Assembly: GCA_965227775.1 (NCBI GenBank)
Contig: OZ245777.1
Span: 3,136,001-3,200,000, forward strand
Length of the DNA: 64,000 bases
Reading direction: 5' to 3'
Source of the DNA: Phycisphaerales bacterium
GTDB lineage: Bacteria > Planctomycetota > Phycisphaerae > Phycisphaerales > UBA1924
Shown here: positions 56,806 through 64,000 of the stretch, in pieces
Numbering within the stretch: position 1 is the stretch's first letter
Layout of the letters: each line of letters starts with the position of its first letter
Notes under the pieces: generated by a model
Database searches by the model: none
Seen by the model: the letters and a program-made list of their open reading frames with translations, nothing else
Told to the model about the DNA's origin: nothing
Position numbers and translations under genes: made by a program

Positions 56806-56898
56806 GGGCAATGGGCACGAGGCAATAGGCAATGGGCCCGCGAACCAGAGCCCGCTCCCCCTCCGACCCCATTGCCCATTGCCTCACGCCCATTGCCC
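56806..56898 (-). repeat. Heptamer-built (GGCAATG) 31-bp inverted repeat, REP/STRR-like hairpin
   Basis: Arms 56806-56836 and 56868-56898 match at 28/31 positions. Confidence 0.8.
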
Positions 56899-56906
56899 CG
56901 GTCGAC

Positions 56907-58271
56907 CTACCGCGCGGGCGCGAGCGGGCGCTTCAGCGTCATGCTCATCACCGCGAGCGCGACGGCGAGCGCGGCGCACGCGGCGAGGCCAATGGTGAAC
57001 GAGCCGGAGTAGTCCAAACTGACGCCCAGCACCACCGGGCCAAGGCCCGTGCCGGCGACGCCGAGGAAGGTAAGAAAGCCGCGGATGCTGCCGTGGTGGC
57101 GGCGGCCGAAGTAGCGGGCGACCGTTGGCACCCCCACCGCCGAGCCGATCGCCATCGCCATGCCGTACAGCGCCATCGCGGCGCACAGCAGCACGGCCGA
57201 GTCGGCGACGATCACCAGCCCGGGGCTGGCGGCCATGAGCAGCGCGGCGAGCGCGAGCAGGCCGCGCGGGGGCACGCGGTCGGCCAGGTAGCCAACGGGC
57301 AAGACGAGCGCGGCGACGGCCAGGGCCCAGCTCATGCTCATCGCCGCCGAGAGCGCGGGGTCGAGGCCGCGGGCGATCAGGATCGGCTGGGCATGGAACA
57401 GCAGCGCCGTGCCCGTGAAGCCGCTGAGGACCATCGCGCCCGCGAGGATCCAGAAGGCGCGCGTCGAGACGGTCTGCTTCAGCGTGAACGCTGGGTCAGG
57501 GTGCTTGGGTAACTCGGGCTTCGCGATCGAGGAAGCGCCCTGTACTTCGGATTCTTCTTGCGTTGATAGAAGCGGCCCCTGGCCGTCGCCATCGATCTGC
57601 TGGCCCTTCTCTTCGGGGCGGTCGCGCAGCACGAACGCGGCGAGCGGCAGGATGATGAGCCAGACGAGCACGCCCAGCGCCGCGTAGGCCCAGCGCCAGC
57701 CGACGAGCTGGATCAGCCCGATGGCGATCAGCGGCGTGAGCGCGAAGCCGCCCTGGGCGAAGACCATCTTCAGGCCGTTGATCGTGCCGAGCTTGCGCTC
57801 GTACCACAGCGCGAGGATGTGCCCGCTGAGCATGGACAGGGAGCCCTGGCCCAGGAACCGCAGGCCGAAGAAGCACAGGGTCAGCACGGGCAGCGAGCGG
57901 GCCTGGCCCGCGGCGATGCAGGCGCCGCCGAAGAGCAGCGCGATGACGAACATCACGCGGCGCGGGCCGAACTTATCTGCTATGGCACCCACGAAGGTCA
58001 GCGGCATCGCGGCCGTGACGGTGCCGACGAGGTAGGCCGTGCTGAGCTGCGTCGCGCTCAGGCCCAGCGTCGTCGTGAACGAGTCGTTGAACTGGCTGAC
58101 GACGACCGTCTGCCCGGGCGCGGTGGCAACCAGGGCGATGGTGCACGCCGCGGCGATGACGGGTCCGTAAAAAGGGCTCGGCTGCGCCGGTTGGGAGGCA
58201 AGAAGGTCCGGGGTCTCGGGCGCTGACTCGGTCGCATGTTCGAGCTGGGCTTCGGGCGGAGAAACTGGCAT
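56907..58271 (-). CDS. MFS transporter
   Basis: About 12 TM helices; GAIADKFGPRR and GYLADRV motif-A variants; YFGRRHHG. Confidence 0.92.
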   Translation of the reverse strand: MPVSPPEAQLEHATESAPETPDLLASQPAQPSPFYGPVIAAACTIALVATAPGQTVVVSQFNDSFTTTLGLSATQLSTAYLVGTVTAAMPLTFVGAIADKFGPRRVMFVIALLFGGACIAAGQARSLPVLTLCFFGLRFLGQGSLSMLSGHILALWYERKLGTINGLKMVFAQGGFALTPLIAIGLIQLVGWRWAYAALGVLVWLIILPLAAFVLRDRPEEKGQQIDGDGQGPLLSTQEESEVQGASSIAKPELPKHPDPAFTLKQTVSTRAFWILAGAMVLSGFTGTALLFHAQPILIARGLDPALSAAMSMSWALAVAALVLPVGYLADRVPPRGLLALAALLMAASPGLVIVADSAVLLCAAMALYGMAMAIGSAVGVPTVARYFGRRHHGSIRGFLTFLGVAGTGLGPVVLGVSLDYSGSFTIGLAACAALAVALAVMSMTLKRPLAPAR

Positions 58272-58283
58272 GAAGCGGGGAGT

Positions 58284-61200
58284 TTAGCGCCGCCGGCGCT
58301 TCGACGCGCTCGCCGCGGGCTTGCTCACGACGCGTGGCGGGTCGGGCTCGAAGGGAGGCTCTTCCTCGTCCTCTTCTTCGAGCTCTTCTTCTTCGAGTTC
58401 TTCGTCTTCCTCGTCGACGTCTTCCTCATCTTCTTCTTCGTCGGCGTCCTCTTCGTCGCCGAGCTCTTCGTCCTCTTCCTCGTATTCCTCGTCGCCTTCT
58501 TCGTACTCCTCGTCCTCTTCGTCGCCGTCTTCGTCGTACTCCGCTTCGTCTTCTTCCTCGTCGTCCTCTTCTTTGTCGGCTTCTTCTTCGTCGTCGAGCT
58601 CGTCCTCTTCGAGCTCGTCGTCTTGTTCTTCCTCTACCTCGTCGTCTTCCTCGATCTCTTCATCCTCTTCTTCTTCGACGCCATCGCGAACCTCGGGCTC
58701 GGCCGCTTCCTCTTCACCGTCGAGCGTGCCGACGACCTCGACCTCGACGCTCGCCTCTTCATCGAAGGGCTCGTCCTCGTATCCGGCGAGGTCGGCGTCG
58801 TCGGGATCGGCCGCCGCGTCCTTGGCGGCCAGGTCCTTCATCGCCGCCCATTCCTCGGGCGAGATCTTGACGTCTCGCGCGACGCTGCCCTTGTGGTCGC
58901 TGATGACCCCGGCGATGCCCATGAGGTCGATCAGCCGGCTCGCGCGCGTGTAGCCGATGGCCAGGCGGCGCTGCAAGAGGCTCACGCTGCCGCGCTTGGT
59001 CTCCAGCACGATCTCGACGGCGCGGTCGAACAGTGGGTCCTTCAAGGCTCGTCGCAGGCTTGCGGAGTTGTTGTTGGCGCTCTGGAGCAGGCGGTCGTCG
59101 TCGCTCAGGCCGCCCTCGGGCTGGCCAAGCTGCATGATCTGCCGCTCGAAGCTCGGGCCGGCGACCTCGCGCACGAACTTGACGACACGTCGTATCTCGA
59201 TGTCATCCACCAGTGTGCCCTGGCTGCGCATGAGCTTGTGGTTGCTCGGGCTCAGGAAGAGCATGTCGCCCTGGCCCAGCAGCAGCTCGCCGCCCTTCTG
59301 GTCAAGGATGATGCGGCTATCCAAGCCGCTGGCGACCTTGAACGTGATCCGGCAGGGCATGTTGCCCTTGATCAGTCCAGTGACCACGTTGGCCTGCGGC
59401 CGCTGCGTCGCGAGTATCAGGTGGATGCCGACGGCACGGGCCTTCTGCGCGATGCGGACGATGGCGCCCTCGACCTCCTTGTTGGTCATCATCAGGTCGG
59501 CCAGTTCGTCGATGATGAAGACCATGTACGGCAGCTTGCGCGGCACGCGCGCCGCCTGCTCGTCGGTCTCGTGGCCGAGGCGTTCCTTGATCTCCTCCCA
59601 GTCGAGATCGTTGTAGCTCGAGATGTCGCGGCAGCCGGCCTCGGCCAGAAGCTCATACCGCTCGTCCATCTTCGTGACGGCCCACTCGAGGATCGCCGCC
59701 GCCTTGTGCATCTCGGTGACGACCGGGCACATCAGGTGTGGGATGTCCTTGAATTGGCTCATCTCGACCATCTTGGGGTCGACCAGGACGAGCCGTAGTT
59801 CGTTGGGCTTCTTGGTGTACAGGAACGACATGATGATCGTGTTCATGCACACAGACTTGCCGCTGCCCGTCGTACCGGCGATGAGCACGTGCGGCATCTT
59901 CGTCAGGTCGGCGATGAGCGGCTCGCCCGACGCGTCCTTGCCCAGGAACATCGGCAGCTTCATGCCCTGGAACTTCTCGGGCCGGCCCATGAGCTCCTTG
60001 AGGCGCACCTTCTCCTTCGTTGGGTTGGGCACCTCGATGCCCACCGTGTCGCGGCCGACCTGGTTGGCAACGATGCGCACGTTGACGGCCTTGAGCGCCC
60101 GCGCGATGTCGCTGCTTACGGCGTTGAGCTGGTTGACTTTCGTGCCCGGCGCCAGCCGCACGTCGTACAGGGTGATGACCGGCCCGCTCTCGATGCCCAC
60201 GACCTCGCCCTTGATGCGGTATTCGTGCAGGGCGCGCTCGAGCGCCTCGGCCCCCTCGCGCACCATCTCGTCGAGCTTGTCGTTGAAGTCTTCCTCGGGC
60301 TCTTCGAGCAGGTCGAGGCCGGGGAACTTGTAGCCCTCAAGCTCGACGCCCTGGAGGTCGCGCAGGTCCTCTTCCTTGGCCACCGAGCGGTTCTGGTTGG
60401 CGAAGAGCACGGGCATCTTCTGGATCTTCTCGCGCAGGCGGTCCTCGCTGAAGACCTGCGGCGCGCCGACCTCGTCGTCTTCTTCCTCCAGCTCCTCTTC
60501 CTCGGGCTCTTCTTCGTCTTCTTCGTACTCGTCCTCGTCGTACCCCTCGTCTTCTTCCTCGTCCTCGTACTCCTCTTCGTACTCGTCCTCGTCCAGCTCG
60601 CCCTCGTCGGTGGCAATGTCCTTCTCGATGCGCTTGGCGCGTGCCTCAGCCTTCTTGCGTTTCTCGGCCTTCGGACGCATGCGCTCATCGTCGTCCAGGT
60701 CGTTTGCTCGCACGGGCACGCGCTTCACCGGCCTCAGCTTCTCACCCACACCCGCCAGCCACGCACCGACAGACGCCAGCACGCCCCGGAACGTCAGCGC
60801 CCCACCGCCTGCGGTGCGCCCGAGCCAGCCCGCTTGGTGCAGCAGTCCCGCGCCGGCCGGCACGAGCCATCGGTCGTACGCGACGATCAGGCCGATCACA
60901 AACGCGACCAGCATCCACAGAAGCGTTCCCGCGACGTTGAAGTGCTCGCGAAGCTCGGCCGAACCGACGAAGCCGACAACGCCGCCGGGCAGATCTGGCA
61001 ATCGCGCGGTCGAAGGAAGCAGCACGGCCTGAACGCCCGCGCCGGCGACCGCGATCACGACCACGCCAACGATACGGATCAACGGGTGATCGACCCGCGC
61101 CCCGCCGAAGTGCAGCCCAATGAGCAGGGCCAGCCCGGCCAGGAACACCCAGGCCCCCAGCCCGACGGTGTAGTACGACCAGTAGGCCACCAACGCCCCG

Positions 61201-61388
61201 ATGCCGCCCATCCAGTTGGCGGCCGGATCGTTGGCCGGCCAGGCCGCAAAGCCCGGCGCGTCGGCCGCGTCGAACCCGATCAGGCTGGCCGCGATGAACA
61301 GCCACAGCGCACTGACCACCAGCCAGGCGATCCAACGCAGCACGGGCGCCAGCGACGCCCCTTCGTCATCCGTGACCCGAGATGCCAT
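58284..61388 (-). CDS. ftsK: DNA translocase FtsK with acidic linker and acidic C-terminal tail
   Basis: 4TM N-terminus (NWMGGIGA), MPHVLIAGTTGSGKS, DPKMVE, IIDELADLM, ATQRP, gamma domain SLLQRRLAIGYTRASRLID. Confidence 0.96.
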   Translation of the reverse strand: MASRVTDDEGASLAPVLRWIAWLVVSALWLFIAASLIGFDAADAPGFAAWPANDPAANWMGGIGALVAYWSYYTVGLGAWVFLAGLALLIGLHFGGARVDHPLIRIVGVVVIAVAGAGVQAVLLPSTARLPDLPGGVVGFVGSAELREHFNVAGTLLWMLVAFVIGLIVAYDRWLVPAGAGLLHQAGWLGRTAGGGALTFRGVLASVGAWLAGVGEKLRPVKRVPVRANDLDDDERMRPKAEKRKKAEARAKRIEKDIATDEGELDEDEYEEEYEDEEEDEGYDEDEYEEDEEEPEEEELEEEDDEVGAPQVFSEDRLREKIQKMPVLFANQNRSVAKEEDLRDLQGVELEGYKFPGLDLLEEPEEDFNDKLDEMVREGAEALERALHEYRIKGEVVGIESGPVITLYDVRLAPGTKVNQLNAVSSDIARALKAVNVRIVANQVGRDTVGIEVPNPTKEKVRLKELMGRPEKFQGMKLPMFLGKDASGEPLIADLTKMPHVLIAGTTGSGKSVCMNTIIMSFLYTKKPNELRLVLVDPKMVEMSQFKDIPHLMCPVVTEMHKAAAILEWAVTKMDERYELLAEAGCRDISSYNDLDWEEIKERLGHETDEQAARVPRKLPYMVFIIDELADLMMTNKEVEGAIVRIAQKARAVGIHLILATQRPQANVVTGLIKGNMPCRITFKVASGLDSRIILDQKGGELLLGQGDMLFLSPSNHKLMRSQGTLVDDIEIRRVVKFVREVAGPSFERQIMQLGQPEGGLSDDDRLLQSANNNSASLRRALKDPLFDRAVEIVLETKRGSVSLLQRRLAIGYTRASRLIDLMGIAGVISDHKGSVARDVKISPEEWAAMKDLAAKDAAADPDDADLAGYEDEPFDEEASVEVEVVGTLDGEEEAAEPEVRDGVEEEEDEEIEEDDEVEEEQDDELEEDELDDEEEADKEEDDEEEDEAEYDEDGDEEDEEYEEGDEEYEEEDEELGDEEDADEEEDEEDVDEEDEELEEEELEEEDEEEPPFEPDPPRVVSKPAASASKRRRR

Positions 61389-61469
61389 AGGACCAACGGT
61401 ATCGGCTCGGCGGGCCCTGGCGCGGCAGGAATGCCCCCACCACTGTGGGCTACCCGGGCGTACCAGCGG

Positions 61470-63209
61470 CTAGGCGGCCCGTGTCGGCTTGCCTTCCCGC
61501 TCGGCGGGCTCTTGCCCCTCGTCCTCGTCCAATTCATCGGGGTCCGAGCCGTCGACAAGCACGCCGTCTTCGAGGCGAACCACGCCAAGCGGGTTGGCCG
61601 CGCGAAGCTCCTTCGGTAGCACCGCCTCGGGCGCATTCTGGTACGACACGTCGCGCAGCCAACGGTTGGCCGCATCGATCCCAACCGACGTCGCGGGCAC
61701 GCCCTGGCTGGCGGGGTAGGGCCCGCCATGGACCAATGAGGGGCAGAGTTCCAGCCCTGTCGGTGTCGCATTGAACACGAGCCGGCCGACGCGGTGCTCG
61801 AGCGTGCCGGCGAGCCTGCGGCCCACATTGCCATCGGTCGGACCCATCCAGATCGACCCGGTCAGCGCCCCGCCCACGGCGCTCGCCGCTGAAAGCACGC
61901 CCGAGGCGTCATCGGCCATCACCAGCACCATGGCTGGCCCGAAGACCTCCTGGCGAACCAACGGCTCGCGCTCGAACACTTGGCCGGCGCAACGCAGCAG
62001 GCATCCGTTCACGATCGCCGCCTTGCCCGCCTCCTGGTCGGCCGCGTGGAACGCGCCGCCCTCGAGCCGCACGCCCTTGGTGTCGAGTAACGCAGCGACA
62101 TCATTCATGAATCGAGTACGAAGCCTCGGCCCACGCATCTTCGCCGCAGGCATCTGATCGAACATCGACGCCAACTGCTTGGCGAAGACCTCGGACTCGG
62201 CCCCTCGCTGCAGCACCACCACGCTCGGCCGCGTGCAGGTCTGTCCGGCCACGTTGACGCACGATTGGAACAACCGTTCGGCAATCGTCGGCCCGTTGGC
62301 CTCGAGCGCCCCAGGCAGCACGAACACTGGGTTGATCGTTCCGATGGACGCCGAGAACATCATGCCCGGCGAACGATGGGAAATAACTGCCGCAATCTCG
62401 TCGGCAGCTTGCTTCGAGCCCACGAACGCAAGCCCCCTGATGCACGGATGCTCGACCAGCGTGTCGAGCAGTTCCGCCTCAGCATCTTCGTCGGCGTGCA
62501 CCAGCGTAATGAGCCCGGACGGCGCTCCCTTGGCCTCACAAGCCTGCATCGCAACGCGCGCGATCATCGCGTCGGTCAGCGGATGTTCCGGATGGCTCTT
62601 GCACACGATCGGGCAGCCCGCCGCGAGCGCTGAGACCGCGTCGGCACCGAGCGCCCCCCCGGTCAACGGCTGATTGGCCGGGCCGAAGATCGCAACCGGC
62701 CCGATCGCTCGACGGAAGCGACGAAGATCGGGCTTTGGGAGCGGCCGCCTGCTGGGCTCCGCGGAGTCGATGCACGAGTGGTCGAACGCACGCCGGCGCA
62801 CGGCTGCCGCGAACATCCTGAGCACCAGCATGAGCCGCTCTCGCTCGGCCACGATCCGCACTGCGCTAAAGCCGGTCTCGTTGGCGGCGAGCTTCACGAG
62901 ATCATCGCCAAGCCCGTGCACCGCGTCCGCGATGGCCTCGAGCATCAGCGCTCGCCGCTCGACATCGACCTCCAGCATGCCGTGGTGGGCCGCCCACGCC
63001 GCCATCGCAGCACCATTGACTTCCTGAGGCGTCGATACTTCGACCTTGGGCCCGGTGGGCGTCCCCGTCGCGGGGCTGATCGCCTGGAAGGTGCGACGCG
63101 ACCCGATGCCGTCCTTCGGCATGAAGCCAGTGGGAACCATCGCTCGGGTGAGTCCCGCGAGCGCTTTGGCGGCATCCGTGTTTTGCGGCGTCGACACGGC
63201 CACGCTCAT
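61470..63209 (-). CDS. Aldehyde dehydrogenase family protein (KGSADH-like, divergent)
   Basis: IGPVAIFG, ALAAGCP..KSHPEHP, GQTCTRP, EVFGP, HGGPYPA, YQNAP..LP.EL...NPL. Confidence 0.85.
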   Translation of the reverse strand: MSVAVSTPQNTDAAKALAGLTRAMVPTGFMPKDGIGSRRTFQAISPATGTPTGPKVEVSTPQEVNGAAMAAWAAHHGMLEVDVERRALMLEAIADAVHGLGDDLVKLAANETGFSAVRIVAERERLMLVLRMFAAAVRRRAFDHSCIDSAEPSRRPLPKPDLRRFRRAIGPVAIFGPANQPLTGGALGADAVSALAAGCPIVCKSHPEHPLTDAMIARVAMQACEAKGAPSGLITLVHADEDAEAELLDTLVEHPCIRGLAFVGSKQAADEIAAVISHRSPGMMFSASIGTINPVFVLPGALEANGPTIAERLFQSCVNVAGQTCTRPSVVVLQRGAESEVFAKQLASMFDQMPAAKMRGPRLRTRFMNDVAALLDTKGVRLEGGAFHAADQEAGKAAIVNGCLLRCAGQVFEREPLVRQEVFGPAMVLVMADDASGVLSAASAVGGALTGSIWMGPTDGNVGRRLAGTLEHRVGRLVFNATPTGLELCPSLVHGGPYPASQGVPATSVGIDAANRWLRDVSYQNAPEAVLPKELRAANPLGVVRLEDGVLVDGSDPDELDEDEGQEPAEREGKPTRAA

Positions 63210-63280
63210 TCATCGACCGATATACCGGCCGACTTCACTCGACGTCCGATAGCTCACGCTCAATGCCCCGAGCGCGCAGC

Positions 63281-63314
63281 AAAACGCTGCCCGGGCAACC
63301 AAACCGGGCAGCGT
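63281..63314 (-). terminator. Rho-independent terminator after the PEP-CTERM gene
   Basis: ACGCTGCCCGG/CCGGGCAGCGT stem followed by Ts on the minus strand. Confidence 0.72.
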
Positions 63315-63341
63315 GCGATAGGTCAGCTGTTCGACGCCGGA

Positions 63342-63926
63342 TTAGCGGCGACGGCGAGCGGCGACGAGGCCGCCGAGGCCCAGCAGGGCCAGCGACGCCG
63401 GAGCCGGGATCACCTCGATGCGGCCGAGCCCCTCGATGACCGTGGAGGTCACGTCGCTGCTCAGGCCGGTGTCATCAAGGTACAGGCTGTACCGGGCCGT
63501 CTCGGTCGACAGGTCCACGGTGCGAGCCGTGAAGTCGGTCGTGCTCCAGGTGGCCGACCAGATGAGGATCGGGTCGCTGGTGTCTGCGAAGATGCCACCG
63601 GGAGGGAACTGCAACTGGCCGGTCACGATGTCCATGACATCGCCGGTCATGGGCGTGCCAGCATCCTGACCAGGATCGCTGAACGCCAACGTGGGGCCAG
63701 AGAAGTCACCGGTGCCGTCGCCACGCAGGGCCCACTCGGCCGCGGCAAACGCGTAGAACAGGTCCGAATCCCAATCGGCGTAAACCTCGACGGTCGTCGA
63801 AGGCTGGCCGGGACTCACGACGTTGCTCACGCGGATGTCGTACGTGTTGGCAGTCACGGTGGCGCTTGCAATGGCAGTCACGCCAAGGGCAGCGCCGGCG
63901 AACGCGGCAATTCTGGTTGCGGTCAT
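63342..63926 (-). CDS. PEP-CTERM-type sorting domain surface protein
   Basis: Signal peptide; C-terminal IPAPASLALLGLGGLVAARRRR; AGGAG RBS. Confidence 0.9.
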   Translation of the reverse strand: MTATRIAAFAGAALGVTAIASATVTANTYDIRVSNVVSPGQPSTTVEVYADWDSDLFYAFAAAEWALRGDGTGDFSGPTLAFSDPGQDAGTPMTGDVMDIVTGQLQFPPGGIFADTSDPILIWSATWSTTDFTARTVDLSTETARYSLYLDDTGLSSDVTSTVIEGLGRIEVIPAPASLALLGLGGLVAARRRR

Positions 63927-64000
63927 GTCTCGTCTCTCCTGACGTGTTGAACCAGGGTTTGTCTCTTCCTGCGGCAAAGATACCACAAAACCACCCAGCC

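Noticed and set aside
58236..60333. Long plus-strand ORFs (Phe/Leu/Val-rich 520 aa; poly-Ser)
   Set aside because: They are antisense shadows of the GAA/GAG/GAC-rich ftsK sequence.

Overview
This is a high-GC bacterial chromosomal segment, most consistent with Planctomycetota (Phycisphaerales-like). That call is an inference from the GC-type dockerin C-termini, a PEP-CTERM protein, an ECF sigma factor next to a Ser/Thr kinase, a bacterial topoisomerase VI and rpsP-trmD-rplS without rimM. Most of the window is housekeeping: dnaA, two clpP, yidC, mnmE, aroC, pyrD, top6B/top6A, rpsP/trmD/rplS, wcaJ, a DnaJ-class chaperone, mdh and ftsK, interspersed with secreted and surface proteins. I recognised no rRNA, tRNA, CRISPR array, transposase or integrase. 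The most unusual area is 52.5-56.9 kb. There, a helical/FN3-like gene and a phased, quasi-palindromic 21-bp x12 repeat array bracket a low-GC patch that carries a HEPN (RxxxxH) gene and two orphan membrane genes, followed by a heptamer-built hairpin. Other notable signals are a perfect AT-rich 15-1-15 palindrome at 33851, an ECF/kinase/PspA-like divergon, an Asp-to-Asn ClpP, a pseudokinase, a B12-binding/MeaB fusion, a CpcT-like/FKBP fusion, a coupled four-gene heme/Rieske operon and recurrent leaderless-promoter signatures. All family calls come from motif recognition by eye, not database searches.
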